In this document: one piece after another, positions 24,495 through 33,515 of the stretch
How the letters are laid out: each line of letters begins with the position of its first letter
Position numbering within the stretch: position 1 is the stretch's first letter
NCBI GenBank assembly: GCA_040905465.1
Contig: JBBDRK010000035.1
Span: 1-40,226 of the forward strand
From: Trueperaceae bacterium
GTDB lineage: Bacteria > Deinococcota > Deinococci > Deinococcales > Trueperaceae
Length of the DNA stretch: 40,226 nucleotides
Reading direction: 5' to 3'
Program-made: the position numbers and the translations under genes
Notes under the pieces: generated by a model
The model's database searches: none
Told to the model about the DNA's origin: nothing
Seen by the model: the letters and a program-made list of their open reading frames with translations, nothing else

Positions 24495-26192
24495 ATCGAA
24501 AAAGTCCACGGCAAATTATCCGGCCTGAAGAAGAACGAAATCAAGCGACTGAGCAATCTCTACCGCAGGCGCATCGCGCCCGAGGTGGCAGTCGGCTTCG
24601 AATTGGCCAAGGAACTGGGCGAGTTGGCCACCGACGTAGGCAACAACGTAAGCGTACTGCTCGACCGCCGCGGGCGGGTGGTGACCGTCTCGTTGGGCGA
24701 TGCTGCCGACACGCCGCTGCCGCCGGTGCATGGTGAGGCGGAGTCCCGCCTCTTCGGATTGCGTCTCGTTCACACCCACACCAAACCCGGGGGACTGACC
24801 GGGTCTGACCTATCCACGCTGTTCCTCAACCGGCTGGACGCGATAGTGGCGGTCGATGTAAGTCGCAACGAGCGGGGCGGGGTAGTACTGGGCGACGCTC
24901 ACCTGGCGCAGGTGTCGCCGCCGACGTCCGAGGAGGAAGACTGGTCGATCGACCCGCCAAGATCCGTGCGTGACCTGGAAAGCATCGACATCGCCGAACG
25001 GATCCGCGCCCTCGAGGAGGAGTTGGCCCGCAGCCAGCGAACTCGTGAAGTACGGCGCTCCAGTGCCGAAAGAGCGGTGCTGGTGGGCCTGGAGGCCGGC
25101 GAGGGAGCGATCGAGGCGGAGTCCCGACTGTCCGAGCTCGAAGAACTGACGAGGAGCGCCGGAGCTGCCGTCGCCTTCTCCAGTCTTCAGCACCGGAAAT
25201 CGGCGGATCCGCGCACGCTGATCGGTCGCGGAAAGCTGCAGGAGCTGGTTTCCAAGGCGTACCACGAAGACGCCGACCTGTTGATCTTCGACCGCGAGCT
25301 GACTCCCGCTCAATCGCGAGAGATCGAGACGGAGACCCGACTCAAGGTGCTCGACCGCACTCAACTGATCCTCGACATCTTCGCCCAGAACGCCCGAGGC
25401 AGGCAGGCACAGGTCCAGGTGGAGCTCGCCCAGCTTCAGTATCAGCTCACCAGACTCGCCGGCCATGGTCAGGCGATGAGCCGTCTCGGCGGCGGAATAG
25501 GCACCAGAGGACCAGGCGAAACCAAGCTGGAAGTCGACCGGCGCCGCATTCGCGACCGAATTACCGCGCTGGAAGCGGCTGTCGACGAGATCTCCCGGCA
25601 ACGATCGGAGACCCGCAAGGCCAGGACCGCCTCGCAAGTTCCGGTCGTGGCCCTGGTGGGCTATACCAACGCCGGCAAAAGCACTCTGTTCAACGTCCTG
25701 GCGAAACCGGACGCAGCGGCGCATGACAAACTGTTCGCGACCTTGCGGCCTACCACCAGGGAAGGCTGGCTGCCGGGGCTTGGAACCTGGGGGGCAAAGG
25801 TCCTGTTCACCGATACCGTGGGCTTCATTCGCGACCTGCCCAGCGAGCTCGTGAACGCCTTCCGCGCCACCCTGGAGGAGTTGCACGATGCGGATTTGCT
25901 GCTGCACGTGGTCGACGCCGCAACTCCTGGAGCGCCGGACAGGGTGGACGCCGTGGAGCGGATCCTGGACTCCCTCGAGCTCACGCTGCCGCGGCTGGTG
26001 GTATTGAACAAGGCCGACGTGGCAGACGAGCATGCGCTACCTGAACTGGCCGATCGCTACCGAGCCACTCCGGTCTCGGCCGTGAGCGGCAGCGGAATGA
26101 GCGAGCTTCGAAACCATCTGGCCTGTGTCCTGCAGGAGAAGGAACCCTTGGACCGGGCGGCGGCCGTTAGCATCGAGCATGCCGTACCGTGA
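24495..26192 (+). CDS. hflX: GTPase HflX (long N-terminal form), apparent ATC start
   Basis: GYTNAGKST, KLFATL, DTVGFI, NKAD, GIGTRGPGETKLE. The frame extends 30 codons upstream of GTG 24585 as IEKVHGKLSGLKKNEIKRLSNLYRRR behind RBS AAGGAG. Confidence 0.93.
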   Translation: MEKVHGKLSGLKKNEIKRLSNLYRRRIAPEVAVGFELAKELGELATDVGNNVSVLLDRRGRVVTVSLGDAADTPLPPVHGEAESRLFGLRLVHTHTKPGGLTGSDLSTLFLNRLDAIVAVDVSRNERGGVVLGDAHLAQVSPPTSEEEDWSIDPPRSVRDLESIDIAERIRALEEELARSQRTREVRRSSAERAVLVGLEAGEGAIEAESRLSELEELTRSAGAAVAFSSLQHRKSADPRTLIGRGKLQELVSKAYHEDADLLIFDRELTPAQSREIETETRLKVLDRTQLILDIFAQNARGRQAQVQVELAQLQYQLTRLAGHGQAMSRLGGGIGTRGPGETKLEVDRRRIRDRITALEAAVDEISRQRSETRKARTASQVPVVALVGYTNAGKSTLFNVLAKPDAAAHDKLFATLRPTTREGWLPGLGTWGAKVLFTDTVGFIRDLPSELVNAFRATLEELHDADLLLHVVDAATPGAPDRVDAVERILDSLELTLPRLVVLNKADVADEHALPELADRYRATPVSAVSGSGMSELRNHLACVLQEKEPLDRAAAVSIEHAVP

Positions 26193-28047
26193 CCTGCACG
26201 ACTTCATCGCACGCCTGGAACAGTCAGGGGAGCTCCTTCGCATACGGGAGACTGTCAGCGCCGAGCTGGAGATAACCGAGATCGCCGACCGGCTGGTAAA
26301 GCGGGGTGGCCCGGCGGCGCTGTTCGAGAGCGTCGCGGGCAGCGACTTCCCACTGGTGATCGGACTCTACGGCAGCAGCCGCCGGACAGCCTGGGCCTTG
26401 GGCGTCGACGAGCTGGACGACCTGCCCAGACGGCTGCGCGAACTGCTCGACGTTCGCCTCGGTGGGGGGCTCATGGGCCTTGCCGCTCAACTCCCCAAAC
26501 TGCGGGAGCTGAAGACTCTGGCGCCGCGCCGAGTGCGTAACGGTCCGGTGCAGGAGGTGGTGTGGCGCGGAGACGAGGTAGACCTGGACCGCCTGCCCGT
26601 ACTCACCTGCTGGCCGCAGGACGGGGGTCCGTTCGTCACGCTGCCGCTGGTGGTGTCGCGCGATCCGTTGCACGGTGACCTCAATATCGGTATGTACCGA
26701 ATGCAGGTCTACGACTCGCGAACCACCGGGATGCACTGGCAGCGTCACAAGACCGGCGCACGTCACCTCGAAAGCGCCCGCAAGGCCGGACGGAGACTCG
26801 AGGTGGCAGTTGCCCTGGGCGGCGATCCGGCTCTCACTTACGCAGCCACTGCGCCGCTGCCGCCGGTTCCCGGACTGAATGAATACTCGCTGACGGGATA
26901 CCTACGGGGCCGGCCGCTGGAGGTGGTGCGCGGCCTGACCGTCGACCTGGAGGTACCGGCGCACGCCGAGTTCGTCCTGGAGGGCTATGTAGATCCCGAG
27001 GAGGACTGGCGCCAGGAAGGGCCGTTCGGCGATCACACCGGCTTCTATACTTTGGAAGACGAGTACCCGGTCTTCCATGTAACCGCTATCACCATGCGCC
27101 GCAATCCAGTCTATCCGGCCACCATCGTAGGCCGCCCACCGATGGAGGACGCGTACCTGGTCGAGGCATCCGAACGTATCTTCCTGGTTCCCGCCCAACT
27201 GATCCTGCCGGAACTCGTCGACTATCACATGCCGCCGGCGGGAATCGCCCACAACCTGGTGAACGTTGTCATCGAGAAGCGCTATCCGGGCCAGGCCTAC
27301 AAGGTCGCCAACGGCCTGCTGGGACTGGGACAGATGATGTTCGCCAAGGTAATCCTGGTGACGGATCAGGATGTCTCACCGCGACTGCACCGGGAGTTCT
27401 GGCGGACCGTCCTGGCAAACGCTCTTCCCGGTCGCGACCAGCAGCTCTCCAAGGGACCGATAGACGTGCTCGATCACTCCAGTCGCTCATGGAGCTACGG
27501 ATCGAAACTGGTCATCGACGGAACCGTCAAACACCCGGAAGAGGGCGAGCGGGTGGACGGCTATCGGGCAGAAGGCGACGTCGCGACCTGGCAACCCAAC
27601 GAGGAACGCCCCGCAGGCGAACTGCCGTACCATGCCGAAATCGGCGACCAGCACCAGTTCGCCGGCGGCTTCTGGTTCATCACCACCGAGAAGACCCGGC
27701 CGGAGCAGGGCCGTCATCTGGGCGAGTGGGCAGCCCGCCAGACCGCGGCGCGCGGAGTAAGGCTCATCGGCGTGGTCGACCACCAGACCGACCCGACCGA
27801 TTTCGAGGAGTGCATGTGGACGCTGCTGAACAACATAGACCCGGAACGAGACCTGGAGGTCATCAACGACACCTTCGGCAGCGGACCTGTCTGGGTGCTC
27901 GACGGCACTCCGAAACTGGCGGCAGAGGGGTTCGACCGGCCCTGGCCGGACAAGATAGCGATGACCGAAGAGATCAAGCAGCAAGTCGACGAACGGTTCG
28001 GGGAACTACTGGAAGGTCTTGCCGCCGGCCCGTCGGATAGCAGCTAG
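26179..28047 (+). CDS. UbiD-family (prFMN) decarboxylase, menaquinone-biosynthesis type
   Basis: LEITEIADR, CWPQDGG, NIGMYR, EGPFGDHTGFY, VGRPPMED, KRYPGQA, GQMMFAK, GPIDVLDHS. Confidence 0.92.
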   Translation: MPYRDLHDFIARLEQSGELLRIRETVSAELEITEIADRLVKRGGPAALFESVAGSDFPLVIGLYGSSRRTAWALGVDELDDLPRRLRELLDVRLGGGLMGLAAQLPKLRELKTLAPRRVRNGPVQEVVWRGDEVDLDRLPVLTCWPQDGGPFVTLPLVVSRDPLHGDLNIGMYRMQVYDSRTTGMHWQRHKTGARHLESARKAGRRLEVAVALGGDPALTYAATAPLPPVPGLNEYSLTGYLRGRPLEVVRGLTVDLEVPAHAEFVLEGYVDPEEDWRQEGPFGDHTGFYTLEDEYPVFHVTAITMRRNPVYPATIVGRPPMEDAYLVEASERIFLVPAQLILPELVDYHMPPAGIAHNLVNVVIEKRYPGQAYKVANGLLGLGQMMFAKVILVTDQDVSPRLHREFWRTVLANALPGRDQQLSKGPIDVLDHSSRSWSYGSKLVIDGTVKHPEEGERVDGYRAEGDVATWQPNEERPAGELPYHAEIGDQHQFAGGFWFITTEKTRPEQGRHLGEWAARQTAARGVRLIGVVDHQTDPTDFEECMWTLLNNIDPERDLEVINDTFGSGPVWVLDGTPKLAAEGFDRPWPDKIAMTEEIKQQVDERFGELLEGLAAGPSDSS

Positions 28048-28064
28048 GCGGGCTCAAACGCGAA

Positions 28065-28092
28065 GCCGGCGCCCGTTCGTTCGAGCGCCGGC
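28065..28092. terminator. Hairpin between convergent genes (probable terminator)
   Basis: GCCGGCGC(C)CG...CG(A)GCGCCGGC stem between the UbiD stop and the 28133 stop. Confidence 0.55.
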
Positions 28093-28132
28093 CTGACACG
28101 ACTGTCTGTTCCGATTCGCTTGCGACCCATGT

Positions 28133-28447
28133 TCAGCCGCCGAACTCGAACGGATCGATCGGCACGCATTCACTTCCTATGCAGAACCAGATGTAGTAGT
28201 GTTCGACCGTCTGACCGCTCGAGTCACCAACGAGCTCATGCGCGCCTTCCTGGACGCCGAATGCAGTGCCGCCCAGGCGACCCACTCCTATCCTGGAGGC
28301 GGCACGCTCCGCCGCCTCGTTTTCTACTTGCAGATATACATCATTGTCGCTGTTGTAGCCGTTGCCGTCGGCCGACGCCACGCTCAGGAGCGCGAGTACG
28401 AGTAAGAGGCTTGCTGCCCTGAAGAAGTTCAACTGGACGTTGTTCAT
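28133..28447 (-). CDS. Small secreted hypothetical protein (104 aa) with C-terminal Cys pair
   Basis: RBS GGAGGGGAG before ATG 28447. Signal peptide FFRAASLLLVLALLSVASA. C-terminus HYYIWFCIGSECVPIDPFEFGG. Confidence 0.8.
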   Translation of the reverse strand: MNNVQLNFFRAASLLLVLALLSVASADGNGYNSDNDVYLQVENEAAERAASRIGVGRLGGTAFGVQEGAHELVGDSSGQTVEHYYIWFCIGSECVPIDPFEFGG

Positions 28448-28547
28448 ATTGCTCCCCTCCTGCCTCCTCATTGTATCACAGATTACCGTGCATGAGGGTC
28501 GAATGAGTGTAACTCGCTCTTCCCTCCAGCATTAATATGCAGCCGTT

Positions 28548-29498
28548 TCAACGGGCCGACTCCGAGGGCAGGGCAGTCGAAAGGAATGCTGCGACGAGCT
28601 CGTGCGGGTAGTGGGTACCGGCGTAGCGCCGCAGTTCCGCCTCCGCTTCATCGGCCGGCCGCCTCTTCCGGTATACCCGATCGGTGGTCATCGCGTCGTA
28701 GGCATCGGCGATCGCCACTATGTAGGATTCCGGCAAGATCTCGTCACCCGCCAGCCCAAAGGGGTATCCGCTGCCATCCATGCGCTCATGGTGCTGTTCG
28801 ACTATCGGTCCCGCTTCGCGCACGAAAGTCGGTTCCAGCATTTCGCGACCGAAGGTCGGATGCCGCTTGACAACCGCCCACTCTTCTACCGTCAGGGAAG
28901 TCGGCTTCTGGAGGATTCCAACCGGCACGCGTGCCTTGCCGACATCGTGCAAGTACGCCGCCCGGTCGAGAAGCCGAAGCTGGTGGCTGTCCAGACCGAG
29001 TTGCTGACCTGTGGCGAAAGACAGGCGCATCAGCCGGTGGCAGTGCTCTGCCGTGTAACCGTCGGCGACCTCCACCTCCACCGCCAAACGCATGAGCTCC
29101 TGCAACTTCGCGCTTATCTCGTGAAAGAACGGGCGTGAGGTGAAATAGAGGAATTTCACGTCCTCGAGCGCCGAAAAGATGGACTCGCGCTCGAGCCCCC
29201 GAGTTACCAGGTAGTCTCCCGGCCCCATCGGCCGGGCTCCCGCAGGCGCCCCTATCTGGGTCAGGCGCCCTGACAGCAAATAGTAGATCTCGGTAGTCGG
29301 CCTGAGAGAAGCCGATTCGGGAACGAGCGTTATCCGCTCGCCGGCAACCAGCGTGCCTTCGACGAGCTCCATTTCGTTGGCCACCAGCAGGCGCAACGCA
29401 CCCAACTTACCCTCGACGCGCTCGAGGGCGTCTTCTTTTCGGCGGAGCTGAAGCCCCGGAACACCGGGAAGGCGTGAAGTTCGTTTTGGCGACGACAT
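28548..29498 (-). CDS. HD-GYP cyclic-dinucleotide phosphodiesterase with N-terminal cupin-like domain
   Basis: EVADGYTAEH, LHDVGK, RHP, HHERMDGSGYP, ADAYDAMT.DRVYR. N-terminal EIYYLLSGRL...PGDY cupin pattern. RBS AAGGAG. Confidence 0.9.
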   Translation of the reverse strand: MSSPKRTSRLPGVPGLQLRRKEDALERVEGKLGALRLLVANEMELVEGTLVAGERITLVPESASLRPTTEIYYLLSGRLTQIGAPAGARPMGPGDYLVTRGLERESIFSALEDVKFLYFTSRPFFHEISAKLQELMRLAVEVEVADGYTAEHCHRLMRLSFATGQQLGLDSHQLRLLDRAAYLHDVGKARVPVGILQKPTSLTVEEWAVVKRHPTFGREMLEPTFVREAGPIVEQHHERMDGSGYPFGLAGDEILPESYIVAIADAYDAMTTDRVYRKRRPADEAEAELRRYAGTHYPHELVAAFLSTALPSESAR

Positions 29499-29645
29499 CG
29501 GAGCGTACTCTCCTTCGCGCTTCGAAAGGAACCTGCCAAACTTTCACCGCTTGGAAGCGGCCGTCCACCGCATGGTCGATCCTGCGGCGGATAGCAGCGT
29601 CAGGCTGGATCTCCCGATATCTTCTAAATCAGAGTGTAAGACAGT

Positions 29646-30485
29646 CTACCGTCGCTGAAGTGAAGTAGCCGCCAGGAACAACGCCGCTTGCGCCAGGATT
29701 ATCGTGCTGCCGCTGGGGATATCGGCGAGGAAAGACACGACCAGGCCGGCGAAGGTGCTCACCAGGCCCAGCGTGACCGCCAGAAGCGTCATCGCGAACA
29801 GCGAACGGGCCAGCAGCCGTGCCGCGGCGGCGGGAATCACCAGATAAGCAGCCATCAGCACGATCCCAATGACCTGCGCACTAACCACCACGATCAGCGC
29901 GGCCACCGCGAACAGCAGATATTCGAGGGCGCCCACGCGCACCCCGTCGGTCTGGGCCAGCTCCGAGTCGAACGTCGCGTAAGCCAGGCGCGGCCAGATC
30001 GCCAGCAAGACGACCAGCACGAGGCCGGAAACCACCATGATCACCGTCAGGTCGCCCCGCTCAACGGCCAGTATCGAACCGAACAGCAGATGCCAGACGT
30101 CGATCACGTTCCGCTCCGGGGGGATGATCGAGATGAACAGCACGCCAAGCGCAACCGAGACGGCGAAGAACACTCCGATAGCCACGTCCGATGACAGCGA
30201 GGTACGGTCGCGCACCCAGGCTATGCCCAGGGCCGCGGCCAGCGTGAACGGGACGGCGATTACCAGAGGCTCCTCCAGCAGGAACCCGTTGCCGAGGGTC
30301 GCCGCCACGAACGCCCCGAGGGCGATGCCTCCGAAAGCGGCATGAGCCAGGCCGTCGCCCAGGAACGCCAGGCCGCGCTGCACCACGAACGTCCCCAGCA
30401 ACCCGGAAACCGTCGCGATGCAGGCGCCGGCCAGCAGGGCACGCTGCATGAATCCGAATCCGAACAGCGTAACCAGGTCTTCCAC
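29646..30485 (-). CDS. znuB: Zn/Mn ABC transporter permease
   Basis: GDGLAHAAFGG, LFGSIL, IGIVL...PAAAA, PSGSTI. Confidence 0.9.
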   Translation of the reverse strand: MEDLVTLFGFGFMQRALLAGACIATVSGLLGTFVVQRGLAFLGDGLAHAAFGGIALGAFVAATLGNGFLLEEPLVIAVPFTLAAALGIAWVRDRTSLSSDVAIGVFFAVSVALGVLFISIIPPERNVIDVWHLLFGSILAVERGDLTVIMVVSGLVLVVLLAIWPRLAYATFDSELAQTDGVRVGALEYLLFAVAALIVVVSAQVIGIVLMAAYLVIPAAAARLLARSLFAMTLLAVTLGLVSTFAGLVVSFLADIPSGSTIILAQAALFLAATSLQRR

Positions 30486-30488
30486 GGC

Positions 30489-31271
30489 TCAGGTAACCAA
30501 ACGCGGGTGCTCGTGCCCCAGGTGACCGTAAGCGGCCCGCAGGCAGTCGTCGGTGAGAACCTCGGCGGGCGTACCGAACCCATGCGTGCGTCGGTTGAGA
30601 ACGAGCACCCGGTCGCTGTGATAGCGGGCGGCGGTGAGGTCGTGGGTGATCATCGCTATCGCGGCGGCGCTGTCCTCCTGGTAGCTCTCCAGGAGATCGT
30701 AGAGGTCGTGCTCGCCCAGGAAGTCGACGCCTGTCGCCGGTTCGTCGAGCAGCACGACGTCCGGACGCCGGATCAACGCACGGGCCAGGTAGACGCGCTG
30801 CAGTTCTCCGCCGGACAAGCCGGCAAGGGGCCTGCCGAGCAGGTGTCCGGCGCCGACCCCGGCGAGGGCCCGGTGCGCGAGTTCGCGCTCGCCGACACTC
30901 ACCAGCGCCGGCCAGCGCATACGTGCGCCGGATACCACCAGCTCGAGCGCCGTGGCCGGAAAGGAACGATCGAAGGTCTTCAGTTGCGGAACATAGCCGA
31001 TTCGGCGTGGGTCGACACCGGCGTTCTTGCCCAGGATGGCGGCGTGGCCGCGCAACGGACGCACCAGGCCCAACACCACGCGGATCAAGGTGCTCTTGCC
31101 GGCACCGTTCGGCCCCACGATCGCCAGCGTCTGTCCACGGTCCAGATCGAAACCGACATCCTCCAAGGCCATGACCGCGCCGAAGCGCACGCTTACACGG
31201 TGCACGTGAAGAGCAGGCGCCTCGCTTGCGGCGCCAGCAGGCGATGCTGTCGTTCGGCTCACTTCCGCCAC
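30489..31271 (-). CDS. znuC: Zn/Mn ABC transporter ATP-binding protein
   Basis: GPNGAGKST, GYVPQ, LSGGELQR, LLDEP, THD, His-containing tail. Confidence 0.92.
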   Translation of the reverse strand: MAEVSRTTASPAGAASEAPALHVHRVSVRFGAVMALEDVGFDLDRGQTLAIVGPNGAGKSTLIRVVLGLVRPLRGHAAILGKNAGVDPRRIGYVPQLKTFDRSFPATALELVVSGARMRWPALVSVGERELAHRALAGVGAGHLLGRPLAGLSGGELQRVYLARALIRRPDVVLLDEPATGVDFLGEHDLYDLLESYQEDSAAAIAMITHDLTAARYHSDRVLVLNRRTHGFGTPAEVLTDDCLRAAYGHLGHEHPRLVT

Positions 31272-32194
31272 GACATCAGGGCGTCCGCGATCACGCCGGC
31301 ATTCCTTCTCATCAGGTCCTGGTAACGCTCGCCCGTTGCGCCGAGGGGATCCAGCGAGTACAGCTCGACCCCCGCTTCGTCGGCCAGCACACGAGCCGGG
31401 CGGTCGTTCAAACCGGTCTCTGTGAAGATCGCCGGCGCCCCGCTCTCCCTGATGATCCCGATCGCTGTCGCGAGGTACCTCGGGCTCGGCTCCCTGCCCG
31501 GAAACGGCTCGATCTCCAGCAGCAGGTCGAGGTCGTAGCGTCGTGCGAAGTGGGGCCAGGCGTCATGGAACGGGATGAACGGTGCACCCGCCAGCGGCGC
31601 AAGTGTCTGGCGCAACTCGCGGTCGAGTTCTGTCAGTTCGTCTCGAAGCGCTCCTGCGCGCATACGATAAAAGCTGTCGTTCGTCGGATCGAGTTCGGCC
31701 AGCTTGTCGCCGAGCGACAACACCACCGTGCCGAGCAGGACCGGGTCGAGCCAGATGTGGGGATTGTGCCCCGCGTGAGCGTGCGCTCCGCTCTTCGCGT
31801 CGCCGAGCACGGCACTCTCGCTGGAGTCCTCCCCTGGCTCGTGATCATCGTCGAGACCGATGGCTTCGAGTTCCTCGTCGAGTAGCTCGAGCGCTTCCAC
31901 CACCGGCACCCGTGCGTTCGCCGCCGCGACGAGATCGTGCAACCACTCGTCCAGCGAGCCGTTCAAGACCACCAGGTCGGCGCCTGCGAGGGTGGCCGCC
32001 ATCCGAGGAGTGGGTTCGAACGTATGCGGAGAAGCACCGGGCGGGAGCATCACCAGCACATCGGCGCGACCGTCGACTATCTGCTCGACCAGGTTGCCGT
32101 ACGGTGCCAGCGACGCCACCACGGTCAACCTGGCGTGGGAAAGTCCGCCGACGAGGAGCAGGAGAGTGGCGACGGTCAGACGGATTGCAGGCAT
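31259..32194 (-). CDS. znuA: Zn/Mn ABC transporter substrate-binding protein
   Basis: Signal peptide; PPGASPHTFEP, acidic/His loop, NPHIWLDP, FHDAW, LDPLG. Confidence 0.9.
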   Translation of the reverse strand: MPAIRLTVATLLLLVGGLSHARLTVVASLAPYGNLVEQIVDGRADVLVMLPPGASPHTFEPTPRMAATLAGADLVVLNGSLDEWLHDLVAAANARVPVVEALELLDEELEAIGLDDDHEPGEDSSESAVLGDAKSGAHAHAGHNPHIWLDPVLLGTVVLSLGDKLAELDPTNDSFYRMRAGALRDELTELDRELRQTLAPLAGAPFIPFHDAWPHFARRYDLDLLLEIEPFPGREPSPRYLATAIGIIRESGAPAIFTETGLNDRPARVLADEAGVELYSLDPLGATGERYQDLMRRNAGVIADALMSWRK

Positions 32195-32324
32195 TTCTCT
32201 CCTCGGCCGCGCCTCCCCTGCTGTGGCGTCATGGTAGCGGTTCCGCCGAGGCGCTCAGGGTTACGGGCCTGTCCACACTATGCTGCCGGTAGGCTCGCGC
32301 TTCCGCTAGCCGCCGGTACTACTG

Positions 32325-32357
32325 TGTGAGAGGCGCGCCGAAAGCGCGCCTCTCACA
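32325..32357 (-). terminator. 14-bp perfect hairpin downstream of rpmB
   Basis: TGTGAGAGGCGCGC-CGAAA-GCGCGCCTCTCACA; no strong U-tract. Confidence 0.65.
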
Positions 32358-32385
32358 TCCGCTACTAGGTCTACAGGTGGGCGGA

Positions 32386-32628
32386 CTACTTGTTGGGGTT
32401 GACGAGCATCGTGGGATCGAGGTTGCGCAGTGCCTTGGCGCTTATCCATACCCGCTGCGGCTTGCCCTCGACCCAGATGGTCCGTTTCTGGAGGTTCGGC
32501 TTGATAGTGCGCCTGTGGACTCCAACCTGTTTGAGGCCCACCCCGCCCTTCTTCTTTGCGGAACCCTTGCGCTTGCTGGTCTTCTGCATTCGTGTTCTCT
32601 TGCCGGTGATCGCGCACACTCTCGGCAT
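32386..32628 (-). CDS. rpmB: 50S ribosomal protein L28
   Basis: MPRVCAITGK...RKGSAKKKGGVG...KPNLQK...ISAKALR, 80 aa. RBS AAGGAGG. Confidence 0.95.
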   Translation of the reverse strand: MPRVCAITGKRTRMQKTSKRKGSAKKKGGVGLKQVGVHRRTIKPNLQKRTIWVEGKPQRVWISAKALRNLDPTMLVNPNK

Positions 32629-32836
32629 CGTTTCCTCCTTGACGTGGGCCACCGCGCGGCGCGGCTCCCAACCAAAACGTTTGAGTTTAGCACGGCTCGG
32701 CCTCGAACTCCAAACTACCGCGGTCGTTCGGCCAGGCAAAACCAGCCCGGCCCTTTGGTGGACCCGAGGGGTGCGGCTGGACCCCGCCAGGGAGCCGGCT
32801 TTCGAGCGAGCCGGCGAACCGTGCAATGATTGCGGC

Positions 32837-33370
32837 ATGACCAGGACCGAGCTCGCGTCCGCAATTTACAACGCCTCGCACCTGCGAGGAGAGTTCGAGC
32901 TGCGCTCCGGCGCCCGCGCGACCGAATACTTCGACAAGTACCGATTCGAACGAGATCCTGGATTGCTGAGAACTATCGTGGAGTCCCTGGCGCCCCTCGT
33001 TCCCACTGGAACGGACGGGATCGCCGGCTTGGAGTTGGGCGGCGTGCCTCTGGCCACGCTGTTGTCGCAAGCCACCGACCTGTCCCTGTTCTCGATACGC
33101 AAGAAGGCCAAGGAGTACGGGACTCGTCGCCTGGCCGAAGGCGGGGACGTGCACGGCCTGCGCCTGCTACTGGTGGAGGACGTGGTCACGTCCGGTGGCC
33201 AGGTGGTGAGCTCCAGCCGGGACCTGAGGGAACTTGGCGCCCATGTCCAGGCGGCCCTCTGCGTGATCGACCGTGAGGCCGGCGGACCGGAGGCCCTGTC
33301 ACAGGTCGGCATCGATCTTCGGCCGCTTTTCACTATGTCGGAGTTGCAGCGGGCGGCCGGTCGGGACTGA
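32837..33370 (+). CDS. pyrE: Orotate phosphoribosyltransferase
   Basis: GEFELRSG...YFDKY, RKKAKEYG, PRPP motif LLVEDVVTSGG, IDRE. Confidence 0.93.
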   Translation: MTRTELASAIYNASHLRGEFELRSGARATEYFDKYRFERDPGLLRTIVESLAPLVPTGTDGIAGLELGGVPLATLLSQATDLSLFSIRKKAKEYGTRRLAEGGDVHGLRLLLVEDVVTSGGQVVSSSRDLRELGAHVQAALCVIDREAGGPEALSQVGIDLRPLFTMSELQRAAGRD

Positions 33371-33515
33371 ACACACGGTGGCCACAGCCACCTTTGTAAG
33401 CAAGGTTTTACTCGTTTGGCAAGGCACTCGTTAGGCTGGAGCCCAGGGGCGCCGTGCCGGGTGATCTGCATGCCTGCACGACGGACGAGTAACTGGGCAC
33501 GATCAAGGGGGGAAC

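Noticed and set aside
28133..28141. C-terminal Gly-Gly as a ubiquitin/ThiS-like sulfur carrier
   Set aside because: The protein has a signal peptide, no recognisable beta-grasp pattern, and no E1/ThiF or JAB gene nearby.
12670..31500. KOPS-like GGGNAGGG polarity supporting the dif call
   Set aside because: Instances seen by eye occur in both orientations and the E. coli motif may not apply to this lineage, so this is uninformative.
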